The notes beneath the pieces are model-generated. The model was not told the DNA's origin and did not search any database. It saw only the letters and a program-made list of their open reading frames with translations. 64,000 bases of DNA, taken from NCBI GenBank assembly GCA_947259215.1, contig CAMYLJ010000008.1:46673-110672 (forward strand). The letters run 5' to 3'. Below, in pieces: positions 46,439 through 57,874 of this stretch (its first letter is position 1; the number at the start of each line of letters is the position of its first letter). A program made the position numbers and the translations under genes. The DNA comes from an uncultured delta proteobacterium. Lineage in GTDB: Bacteria > Myxococcota_A > UBA9160 > JAFDET01.

Positions 46439-49396
46439 GTGGATCGCCGGCGCGCCCTCTGGATCGCGACGGCCTTCCTGGTGATCCTCGGTTCCGGTGC
46501 CGCGTCCGCCCAGCCCACGCTGGTCTCGCCGGACGTCGGCCGCTTCCGCCTGGACGGCTACGCCGAGATGCAGCTCCGAGGCCTGATGGATCGCTTCGAT
46601 ACGGATCGGGCCTATCTCAGTCAGTGGGCCTGGGTTCTCAACCTCGAGCCCGAGTGGGACATCGCGCCGGACGGCTGGGGGCCCTTCACGCACCTCTCGG
46701 CCTTCGCCCGTCTGGAGTTCCGGTACGAGTGCGTGTGGACCGGGTGTGGGATCGGAAACTCGTGGCGCCACTTCGGCGACCGCGCCAAGAACGCCCCGGC
46801 AGAGAACTGGACGAACGCCCTCACCGAAGGGTGGGTCGGCGGGATCAATCTGCCCAAACAGGGCATACCGCGACGCCGGGTGCACGGCGACAGTACGAAG
46901 CTCCTCGACATCACCCACGTACCCCGCTTCGAGCGCTTCTACGACGTCGGCGTCCCGCGGTCCTCCCTGGAGGAGGCCCTCGGTCCGCTCGCCGACGACC
47001 TCTTCGCCTACCGGCGGTTTCCCGGGCCGCGAGAGTCCCTGGCCTTTCCCCAGGGTCCCTGGCGGCCGGAGTCCAAGATCCAGCCCAACGGGGCGCTTGC
47101 CCGTGAGCCTTCTACGGTCCTTCCGCTCCCGCTGCGGCCCGAGGCGAGGAGCTTGTTCATCCCTTCGGCGGCGCTGCGCCAGGAGATCGACGGCTTCGGG
47201 AACTTCGATCAGAATTTTAGCCAGACCGAGCTCGAGTGGAACCTCGGCGCCAGCCAGGAGGACCAGGAGTGGTTCCTGCGCGAGCTCTACTTCGACATGG
47301 AGCTCCTCGACGGAAAGCTCTGGGTCCGCGCCGGCAAGCAGAACATCGTCTGGGGCAAGACGGAGCTCTTCCGGACCACGGATCAGTTCAACCCGGTGGA
47401 CATCGGACTGGCCTCCCTGCCAAGCCTCGAGGAGAGTCGCATCCCGCTCTGGTCGATCCGCGGAGTCTGGGCCTTCTACGACGTCGGCCCCCTCGAGGAC
47501 GTGCGGCTCGAGCTGGCCGCGAACCTCGACGACTTCGAGCCCATCGACACCGGTCGCTGTGCGGAGCCCTACACCGTGTGGCTGATCTGCTTCAAGTCCG
47601 CAGGGCTCTGGTCCCACGGCGTCACCGGCGGGACCCTCGCGGGCGAGGTGCGCCCGCCCGACTTCTGGGAAGACCTCCGCGGGCTGGAGGTGGGCGCCCG
47701 CCTCGAGTTCCGCTGGTCGCGCTTCAGCGTCGCGATCATGGACTTCTACGGCTACCACGACCTGCCCGCCATCGAGCTCTTCAACAACTTCGAGCGCAAG
47801 GTGGACGTGCAGACCGGCAGGCCGCTGAACGTCTACGGGCGCCCGTTGACGCCGGACAACGCGCTGGAGACCAGCACGGGCAACCGCCAGGCCTTCGACT
47901 TCGGCTGCGCCGCGTCCCGCGGCTTCGGGGAGAAGGCGCTGCTCGCCCTGACCGGCGGCGCGGGTCAGATCCCCGACGTGAGCGAGCGCTGCATCGGGGA
48001 CATCGTCAACGTTCGAGATCCCCTGACCCTGACCGCCACTCTGTTGGGGTTGAACGTGAGCATCCAGGCGGAGCCCACCAACGCCATCGGCGCCATCCTC
48101 GCTGGCCAATTCGGAGGCAATCTGCTGCTGGAGGGCGCGATCAACGGCCTCGACTCCGCCCTGCTGGCCATCGTCACCGGCAGCCTCCCGGTGCGGCTGG
48201 CGCCCCTGAACCGGGACCCCTTCGACGGCCCGTCCGGCGGCGGTCTCTTCGGCACCGACTGCCCTGTCGGGACGACGATCGGGCTGATCCTCTGCCCGAT
48301 CGTATCCACCTCCAACGTCAGCTACTACCTGACGAACGAGCAGGAGGCGCTACTCGGCTGCGGTCCCTTCTACGGCACGGACTGCGATGTCCAAGGCATC
48401 GACATCTTCAACGCCGAAGCGAGCGTGCTTCTCCAAGCCTTCCCCGGCTTCGAGCGCAATCCCGTCGGCACCCGCTACGAGAAAGGGCGTCTCTTCATCC
48501 TGCCCGGCGCGCGCGGCCCCGGCGACCCCGGCTACGACCTGCGCTTCGACGGCACTCCGCCGAAGGGATTTCGCAGCGAGATGGAGGCGCTCTCCTTCAA
48601 CTTCGCCCTGGGCATCGCGGTCCTCGGGATCGCCGAGGGCGACACGGAATGCGACCTCAACGACCTCGCGACCTGCGCGGCGATCCGTGCAGTGGAGGCG
48701 CTGACCGGCTCCCAGCGGCCCGAACTGCGCGCGGCGGGCAACGGCCGCTACGGCCGCCGGGACTGGGGCTGGCACGGAGGAGGCGAAGCGCTGATCCGCT
48801 ACCCGAAGCGGAACGTCCTGGGCCTCTCCCTCGACTTCGCCGAGGATCGCACCAAGACGAGCTGGGGTGTGGAGTTCACCTGGATCAACGACACCAGCTT
48901 CGCCAGCAACACCTCGCCCACGCGCCTCCAGGAAGCTGACGTGTTGAACCTGACGATCTCCGTGGACCGTCCAACCTTCGTCAACTTCCTGAACGCCAAC
49001 CGGACCTTCCTCCTGAACAGCCAGGTGTTCCTCCGTTACATCCCGGGCCACGATGCGAGCTTCGACATCAGCGGCCCCGTGTCGGTGTTGGCCACGTTCG
49101 CGGTCATCACCGGCTACTTCCAGGACCGCCTGCTCTCGAGCCTGGTCTACGTGCACGACTTCTCGACAACTTCCGGCGGTCTGGTGGCCCAGTTCACCTA
49201 CCGGGCGACCGAGGCGTTCTCGGTGAGTCTGGGCGTGCTCGGCTTCTTCGGAAGGCCCGGGACCAACCGGATCGCTCGCTACCCCGCTCAGCTCTTCGAC
49301 ACCCAGACCTCGTTCGACATCGACACGCGTTACGAGGGTCTCACGGCGATCTCAGAGCGCGACGAGGTCTTCATGGTGCTCCGCTACACCTTCTGA
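46439..49396 (+). CDS. DUF1302 outer-membrane beta-barrel protein
   Basis: Signal peptide; GKQNIVWG; C-terminal LRYTF. Confidence 0.8.
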   Translation: MDRRRALWIATAFLVILGSGAASAQPTLVSPDVGRFRLDGYAEMQLRGLMDRFDTDRAYLSQWAWVLNLEPEWDIAPDGWGPFTHLSAFARLEFRYECVWTGCGIGNSWRHFGDRAKNAPAENWTNALTEGWVGGINLPKQGIPRRRVHGDSTKLLDITHVPRFERFYDVGVPRSSLEEALGPLADDLFAYRRFPGPRESLAFPQGPWRPESKIQPNGALAREPSTVLPLPLRPEARSLFIPSAALRQEIDGFGNFDQNFSQTELEWNLGASQEDQEWFLRELYFDMELLDGKLWVRAGKQNIVWGKTELFRTTDQFNPVDIGLASLPSLEESRIPLWSIRGVWAFYDVGPLEDVRLELAANLDDFEPIDTGRCAEPYTVWLICFKSAGLWSHGVTGGTLAGEVRPPDFWEDLRGLEVGARLEFRWSRFSVAIMDFYGYHDLPAIELFNNFERKVDVQTGRPLNVYGRPLTPDNALETSTGNRQAFDFGCAASRGFGEKALLALTGGAGQIPDVSERCIGDIVNVRDPLTLTATLLGLNVSIQAEPTNAIGAILAGQFGGNLLLEGAINGLDSALLAIVTGSLPVRLAPLNRDPFDGPSGGGLFGTDCPVGTTIGLILCPIVSTSNVSYYLTNEQEALLGCGPFYGTDCDVQGIDIFNAEASVLLQAFPGFERNPVGTRYEKGRLFILPGARGPGDPGYDLRFDGTPPKGFRSEMEALSFNFALGIAVLGIAEGDTECDLNDLATCAAIRAVEALTGSQRPELRAAGNGRYGRRDWGWHGGGEALIRYPKRNVLGLSLDFAEDRTKTSWGVEFTWINDTSFASNTSPTRLQEADVLNLTISVDRPTFVNFLNANRTFLLNSQVFLRYIPGHDASFDISGPVSVLATFAVITGYFQDRLLSSLVYVHDFSTTSGGLVAQFTYRATEAFSVSLGVLGFFGRPGTNRIARYPAQLFDTQTSFDIDTRYEGLTAISERDEVFMVLRYTF

Positions 49397-49499
49397 GACT
49401 CGGCCGAGCAGATCCATGGAAAGCAAGGATAAAGCGACCGGAGGTCGGCCTTCCTGCCGACGGAGACGACGGGCTACGCGGATGCGTTGAGCGGCGACC

Positions 49500-49518
49500 C
49501 CCGACGGCCCTATACGGC
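49500..49518 (+). repeat. 19-bp direct repeat, copy 2
   Basis: Identical to 35858-35876. Confidence 0.8.
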
Positions 49519-49555
49519 TCCTCTCCAGAAGTCGCCGCGAACGCCGCGCCGCGCG

Positions 49556-49586
49556 AAAAAGAAAACCCGTGGTGGCCGGCGGGGTT
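49556..49586 (-). terminator. Rho-independent terminator candidate of the tRNA
   Basis: AACCCG/CGGGGTT arms followed by TTTTCTTTTT on the minus strand. Confidence 0.55.
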
Positions 49587-49589
49587 CCC

Positions 49590-49666
49590 TGGCGCCCCGG
49601 GGAGGACTCGAACCCCCGACATGCTGCTTAGAAGGCAGCCGCTCTATCCACCTGAGCTACCGGGGC
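49590..49666 (-). tRNA. tRNA-Arg(UCU)
   Basis: GCCCCGG/CCGGGGC acceptor, GCTC/GAGC D-arm, GCTGC-CTTCTAA-GCAGC anticodon arm, TTCGAGT T-loop, encoded CCA; 77 nt. Confidence 0.97.
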
Positions 49667-49810
49667 GCAGGGAGAAAGCTACCGCGTGGCGGGGGGTTGC
49701 GCGAACGGCTCGATGCGCCCGTCGGGTCTGTCGGGCAGGGTTGCCGCCACCGGGAGATGATGAAGGTACTCTTGCGCCACGGCTCAGCCTCGCTGCGCGA
49801 GAGAACGGCA

Positions 49811-50869
49811 ATGCCCGAGAAGGACAGCCAGCTTCCGCTCGAGTCGAACGTCGCGCCCTGGGAGATCGAGCTGGTCTCCCGCATCCCTGGGCCGGCGAGC
49901 GTCGCGAGCCTGCTCGTCGTGCTCGTCCTGCTCGCCGCCTTCGCCGGCTACCAGAGCATCGCCGGAAATCCACTGTGGAGCGAAGTCGGCGAGGGCCTCC
50001 ATCCGGCATCCAGGGGCGCGGTCGCGTTCTCGATCATCATCGGCTACGCGCTCTGGAGCTTCTGGGCGCTCTCGCGATACGCCGCCCGAGAAACGGCGGC
50101 ATTCATCGCAGAAACGCAGACCGCCGCGCTTGCGCCGACGGACATGGACCGCCCCACCTGGAGCGCGTCGATCGTTCGCGAGAGCCGCTATGCCGGAGCA
50201 CTCGGTGTGGTCGCAGCCGGCCTGGCCGCCGCGGTGCTCCATTTCGGATTCGCTGGACTGTCGGCGGGCTGGGAAGGGGAGTTCCTTCTCGTTGCGCTTG
50301 CACTGTGGCTCATGGGTCGGGCCGGCTATCTCACGCTTGCGGCGGCAGGTGGGACGGCGGCGGGCTTGCCGGATGGCGCGCGCATCGACCTGTTGGATCT
50401 GGCGCCACTCCACCGCCTCGGCCGGATCGGACTCCGGACGGCGCTCACCTGGATCGGCGGACTCTCGCTCTATGCGCTGCTGGAGTCGGTGTTTCCCTTC
50501 TCGAGCGCCGTCTATGCCTGGTATGCCGTGCTCGTCCCGTTCTTCGCCTTGACGCTGGTCGTTGCCACGCTGGGGCTGCTGATTCCCGTGCGCGGCGTTC
50601 GCGCGAGGATCCGGCAGGCGAAGCAGGTCGCTCTGGCCAAGGTCGATGCTGATCTTCGTGTCGTACGCAACGCCGTGGTCGAGAGCGGCTCGCGGAAGCC
50701 GGGGCTCGTCCTGGACCTGCTCGCGTATCGATCCTTCGTAGAGGGCGTCAAGGAGTGGCCCTTCGAGTCCGGTACGCGGATTCGTTTCTTCATGTACACG
50801 CTGATCCCGGTGGGATCGTGGCTCGGCGGGGCACTGGTCGAGAGGCTCGTCGACACGGTGCTGGGTTGA
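49811..50869 (+). CDS. Hypothetical multi-TM membrane protein
   Basis: About 7 hydrophobic segments; ends EWPF...IPVGSWLGGALVERL. Confidence 0.75.
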   Translation: MPEKDSQLPLESNVAPWEIELVSRIPGPASVASLLVVLVLLAAFAGYQSIAGNPLWSEVGEGLHPASRGAVAFSIIIGYALWSFWALSRYAARETAAFIAETQTAALAPTDMDRPTWSASIVRESRYAGALGVVAAGLAAAVLHFGFAGLSAGWEGEFLLVALALWLMGRAGYLTLAAAGGTAAGLPDGARIDLLDLAPLHRLGRIGLRTALTWIGGLSLYALLESVFPFSSAVYAWYAVLVPFFALTLVVATLGLLIPVRGVRARIRQAKQVALAKVDADLRVVRNAVVESGSRKPGLVLDLLAYRSFVEGVKEWPFESGTRIRFFMYTLIPVGSWLGGALVERLVDTVLG

Positions 50870-50885
50870 TGGCGCCCGCTTCTGC

Positions 50886-53039
50886 TCAGGGCTCGACGCG
50901 GTAGGCGCGGTCCACGTAGTCGCGCAGCATGCGGCGCGCGCTGAACTGGAGGCCGGCGGTGCGGATGGCGGCCTTGGCCCGCTGCATCCAGCCGCGCGGC
51001 ACGCCGTCGGCGTCGCGGTCGTAGAAGAGCGGGATCACCTCCTTCTCCAGCAGATCGAGGAGCGTCCCGGCGTCGCGCGCGTCCTGGGCCTCGTGGTCCG
51101 GGTCCTCGTCGCCCGAGATGGCCCAGCCGTTGCTTCCGTCGTACCCCTCTGCCCACCAGCCGTCGAGGACGCTCAGGTTGAGGACGCCGTTCATGGCGGC
51201 CTTCATGCCGCTGGTGCCGCTGGCCTCGAGGGGCGGGCGCGGCAGGTTCACCCAGACGTCGCAGCCGGCGATCAGGAACGCCGCCATCCCCATGTCGTAG
51301 TCGTGCAGGTAGGCGATGCGCTCGCCCACGCGGGGGGCGCGCCGGGCGCCGAAGAGCTCCTGGACCACGCGCTTGGCGCCGTCGTCGGAGGGATGCGCCT
51401 TGCCGGCCAGCAGGATCTGGATGGGATTCGGCTCCCGCAGCAGCTTGAGCGCCCGGCCGAGGTCCCGGTTCATCAGGTAGAGCCGCTTGTAGGTCGCCAG
51501 GCGGCGGGCAAAGCCGATGGTGAGGCGGTCGGGGTCGAAGGCGCGCTGGGCCTGCTCCACGTAGTCGGCGGCCTCGCCCCGGGAGAGGCGATCGAGGGTC
51601 GCCCGCTCGCGCACGTAGTCCACGAGCTTCCCGCGGAGCTCGCAGCGGGCCCGCCACAGCTCGGCGTCGGGCAGGTCCGCGATCCGGTCCCAGGTCTCCG
51701 GCTCGGTCGTCCGCGCCTGCCAGCCCTCGCCCAGCTGCGCGTCCAGGAGCGCGCGGAGCGGGTCTGCCATCCAGGTCGGGAGGTGCACGCCGTTGGTGAC
51801 GTGCCCGATCGGCACCTCGTCGTCGGTCCCGGCGCCGAACACCGGGCGCCAGATCCGCCGGGCGACGCCGCCGTGACGCAGGCTGACGCCGTTCCGCGCG
51901 CGGCTGGCGCGGAGTGCGAGGGCGGTCATTCCCGGCGGCTCCTCCCGGTTCGCCGCGTGGACGCGCGCCAGGGAGAGCAGCGTGTCCCAGTCCGTCCCGA
52001 GCCGCTCGTCCAGCCCGGCGAAGACGCGCGTCATCTCCTCGGGCGCGTAGCTCTCGTTCCCGGCCGGGACCGGTGTGTGGGTGGTGAAGACGGTCCGGGC
52101 GCGCGCGGACTCGAAGGCGTCTTCGAACGCGGCTCCCGCGGCCACCGCCTCCGCTGCCAGCTCGAGGGGCGCCAGGGCCGGGTGCCCCTCGTTCAGGTGG
52201 TACACCGCCGGCTCGATTCCCATGGCCCGGAGCGCCCGCACGCCGCCGATCCCGAGCAGCGCGTACTGGGCCAGACGCGTGTCGCGGTCGCCCACGTAGA
52301 GGCGCGACGTGATCCAGCGGTCCACCGGCTCGTTATCGGAGACGTCCGTGTCGAGCAGGAAGAGCGGCACGCGTCCGATGGCAAAGCGCCAGATCTGGAC
52401 CGCTACCTCCCGGCCCCGGATCGGCACGCGGATCTTCATGGGCTCGACCCCGTCCAGGGTCACCGGCGCGCCCGGGAGACGCGGCGGGTCGCTCGGGACC
52501 CAGTACTCGTTCTGCCAGCCCGAGATGTCGATCCGCTGCCGGAAGTAGCCCTGGCCGTAGAGGAGGCCGACGGCGACGAAGGGAAGGCCCATGTCCGACG
52601 CCGCCTTCACCAGGTCGCCCGCCAGGACCCCCAGTCCGCCGGCGTAGACGGGCAGCGAGGCGTGCACGCCGTACTCGGCGCACAGGAAGGCCACGGGGTG
52701 CGTCGAGTCGAATCCGTCCACCTGCGTGGGCTGGCTGGCCTCCACCGCGATGCATTCCTCCAGGGAGTAGACGCGCCGGGTGAGCTGGCGGTCGCCGGCG
52801 GCCTGTTCGAGTGCCCCCGTGGGCGCCTCCTGAAGCAGGCGCACGGGGTTGCGCCCGCAGGCCTCCCAGCGGTGGGCGTCGATGGCGGCGAAGAGGCCCG
52901 CCCCGCCCGCGGTCCAGCACCAACGGTAGTTGAAGGCGATGCGGGCGAAGGGAGCCAGGGCCGAAGGCAGCCGGGCCGCAAGCTGGTCTGCAGCCAGGCG
53001 GAGATCCTCGGCGCCGGGGCTGGCGTAGGTCATGGCCAT
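50886..53039 (-). CDS. glgP: Alpha-glucan phosphorylase
   Basis: YAGGLGVLAGD, HLNEGH, EASGTSGMK (PLP Lys). Confidence 0.93.
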   Translation of the reverse strand: MAMTYASPGAEDLRLAADQLAARLPSALAPFARIAFNYRWCWTAGGAGLFAAIDAHRWEACGRNPVRLLQEAPTGALEQAAGDRQLTRRVYSLEECIAVEASQPTQVDGFDSTHPVAFLCAEYGVHASLPVYAGGLGVLAGDLVKAASDMGLPFVAVGLLYGQGYFRQRIDISGWQNEYWVPSDPPRLPGAPVTLDGVEPMKIRVPIRGREVAVQIWRFAIGRVPLFLLDTDVSDNEPVDRWITSRLYVGDRDTRLAQYALLGIGGVRALRAMGIEPAVYHLNEGHPALAPLELAAEAVAAGAAFEDAFESARARTVFTTHTPVPAGNESYAPEEMTRVFAGLDERLGTDWDTLLSLARVHAANREEPPGMTALALRASRARNGVSLRHGGVARRIWRPVFGAGTDDEVPIGHVTNGVHLPTWMADPLRALLDAQLGEGWQARTTEPETWDRIADLPDAELWRARCELRGKLVDYVRERATLDRLSRGEAADYVEQAQRAFDPDRLTIGFARRLATYKRLYLMNRDLGRALKLLREPNPIQILLAGKAHPSDDGAKRVVQELFGARRAPRVGERIAYLHDYDMGMAAFLIAGCDVWVNLPRPPLEASGTSGMKAAMNGVLNLSVLDGWWAEGYDGSNGWAISGDEDPDHEAQDARDAGTLLDLLEKEVIPLFYDRDADGVPRGWMQRAKAAIRTAGLQFSARRMLRDYVDRAYRVEP

Positions 53040-53170
53040 GGGCATCCTCGAAGCATGGGGCCCGAAGCACCCTCGCGGGCGTCGTGCGGCCGACAGTCGC
53101 GCGTGGCAAGCATTGGAATGATAGGATGTCCAACGGGCGCCTACGACAGGCGTCCACCCCGAGGAAAGCC

Positions 53171-53476
53171 ATGGTAGAGAAGCCTTGCGCGGCACCCGCC
53201 CAGGTGGCGGAGCGCGCCTACTGCATCTGGGAGAGCGAGGGCCGGCCCGAGGGACGAGCCCTGGATCACTGGCTTCGGGCCGAGAGCGATCTCGCCGTCG
53301 GGGCGCCGAAGCGGCGCGCTGCGAAGAAGGCCGGTCGGGCGAAGGCCAAGGCGGCCTCTTCCGAGAGGGCCGGCGGGGCGAAGGCCAAGGCGGCCTCGTC
53401 CAAGAAGGCCGCGCGCAAGCCGGCCGCCGGCAGGCCGCGGACGCGCCGGCCGCGCGGCAGTCCGTCGTCTCCCTAG
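53171..53476 (+). CDS. DUF2934 protein with K/A-rich tail
   Basis: AERAYCIWESEGRPEG...DHWLRAE; repeated AKAKAASS. Confidence 0.85.
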   Translation: MVEKPCAAPAQVAERAYCIWESEGRPEGRALDHWLRAESDLAVGAPKRRAAKKAGRAKAKAASSERAGGAKAKAASSKKAARKPAAGRPRTRRPRGSPSSP

Positions 53477-53582
53477 CGCGCCTCGCGCTGCCTGACGGGC
53501 CGGGACGCCCGCGCGCTATCCTCAGCGAGCGTCCGGCGGGCCCATTTCCCGGGACCCGAGGGCAGGGAGAGAGGCAACGGGA

Positions 53583-55678
<2,096 letters not shown>

Positions 55679-55682
<4 letters not shown>

Positions 55683-57874
55683 CGCCGCTCGCCCCGAGCG
55701 ATGAAGCCAGGGCGCGGGCGGCCCTGGCCGCGGGCGATGCGGCGGAGCCGCAGCGCCTGCTGGGGATCCACGCCGTCGGCGCGTCCCGCTGGCGGGTGCG
55801 GGTCTGGCACCCGGAGGCACGCGCGGCGGAGATCCTGCCTGCTGACGGGAGCGCCCGGCCACTCGAGGCGACGGACACGCCGGGCCTCTTCGAGGCGGTG
55901 GTGCGCGGCGCCGAGCCGCCGCGCTACCGCGTCCGCTTCCGCTTTCCGGACGGCACGAGCTGGGAGGCGGAGGATCCCTACCGCTTCCCGGTGAGCCTGG
56001 GCGACGTCGATCTCTACCTCTTCGCCGAGGGCACCCACCGCACGCTCTGGAAGGTGCTGGGCGCCCACCCGCAGACGCTCGACGGCGTCGACGGCGTCCG
56101 CTTCGCGGTCTGGGCTCCCCACGCGCGTCGGGTCAGCGTGGTGGGCGACTTCTGTCACTGGGACGGGCGGCGCCTTCCCATGCGCCGGATCAGCCCGTCC
56201 GGGATCTTCGAGCTCTTCGTGCCCGGGGTGGCTCGCGGTGCACCCTACAAGTTCGAGATCAAGACGCGCGACGGATCGCTGCGTCCGAAGACCGATCCCT
56301 TCGCCTTCTGGATGGAGCCCCCGCCGGAGTGCGCCTCCCGCGTCTTCGGCTGTCCCAGCGACTTCGCCTGGGGCGACCAGAAGTGGCTGGACGCGCGCAG
56401 CCGCGACCCGCTGCACGAGCCGATCTGCATCTACGAGGTGCACCTCGGGTCGTGGCGGCGGCGTCCGGACGGGGGGCTCCTGGGCTACCGCGAGCTGGCC
56501 GAGGCGCTGGTCGCGCACGCCCAACGCTTCGGCTTCACCCACCTGGAGCTTCTGCCCGTCACCGAGCACCCGTTCGACCTCTCCTGGGGCTACCAGGTGA
56601 GCGGCTACTTCGCGCCGACGCACCGCCACGGAGACCCCGACGACTTCCGCGCCTTCGTGGACGTCTGCCATCGCGGCGGGATCGGCGTGCTCCTCGACTG
56701 GGTGCCGGCCCACTTCCCGCGCGACGACTTCGCACTGCGCCGCTTCGACGGCGAGCCGCTCTTCGAGTACGCGGACCCGAGGATGGGAGAGCATCCCGAC
56801 TGGGGCACGCTGGTCTTCGACTTCGGCCGCAACGAGGTGCGGAACTTCCTGGTGGCCAGCGCCCTCTTCTGGCTGCGCGAGTACCACTTGGACGGCCTGC
56901 GGATCGACGCCGTGGCCTCGATGCTCTACCGCGACTACAGCCGCAAGGAGGGCGACTGGCTGCCCAACCTCCACGGCGGCCGCGAGAACCTGGAGGCCGT
57001 CAGCTTCCTGCGCGAGCTGAACCAGGCCGTGCGCGAGGAGTGCCCCGGCTGCATCACCGTCGCCGAGGAGTCCACCGCCTGGCCCGGCGTCTCGCGCGGG
57101 GTCGACGAGGGGGGCCTCGGCTTCCACCTGAAGTGGAACCTGGGCTGGATGCACGACACCCTCGGCTACTTCGGGCGCGAGCCGATCCACCGCCGCTGGC
57201 ACCAGAACGACCTCAGCTTCGCCTCCCTCTACGAGCACACGGAGCATTTCGTGATGCCGCTCTCCCACGACGAGGTCGTGCACGGCAAGGGCTCGCTGCT
57301 CGCGAAGATGCCGGGCGACCCGTGGCAGCAGTTCGCGAACCTGCGCGCGCTGCTGGCCTACCAGTACACGCGGCCGGGCAAGAAGGTCCTCTTCATGGGG
57401 ACCGAGCTCGCGCCCTGGGAGGAGTGGGACGCGTCGCGCTCCCTCGACTGGGAGCTGGCCCGGGACCCGCAGCGCGCCGGATTCGCACGCTTCCTCGAGT
57501 CCCTGGGCGCACTCTACCGGGAGCATCCCTGCCTGTGGCGCAGCGACCCCTCGCCCGAGGGCTTCCGCTGGATCGACTGCGCCAACCACGAGCAGTCGGT
57601 GCTGGTCTACCTGCGGCGCTTCTTCGACGACGAGCTCGTGGTGGTCCTGAACCTGACCCCGGAGCCTCGCCACGACTACCGGATCGGCGTCCCGCATTCC
57701 GGCAGGTGGCGAGAGATCCTGTGCAGCGACGACGGGAGCTTCGGGGGCAGCGGCCATCCGCGCCGCGGCCGCGCCGTCGCCGAGCCCGTTCCCAGTCACG
57801 GCGAGGAGCAGTCGCTCTCGCTCGTGCTGCCGCCGCTGTGCGCGCTGGTGCTCGAGCGGGAGCCCGTGGAGTGA
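55679..57874 (+). CDS. glgB: 1,4-alpha-glucan branching enzyme
   Basis: SWGYQ, LRIDAVASM, AEEST, SHDEVVHGK. Confidence 0.95.

Larger units (their letters stand above)
35722..49635. mobile_element. ~13.9-kb genomic island in tRNA-Arg(UCU), no intact integrase
   Basis: Flanked by the 48-bp direct repeat; 12 cargo genes, none a recombinase. Confidence 0.8.

Noticed and set aside
31333-49635. CRISPR interpretation of the repeats
   Set aside because: Repeats are tRNA-derived, spacers are kilobases long, and there are no cas genes.
49487-49810. ORF extension reading through the tRNA antisense
   Set aside because: Overlaps the tRNA and terminator; likely start is 49811.
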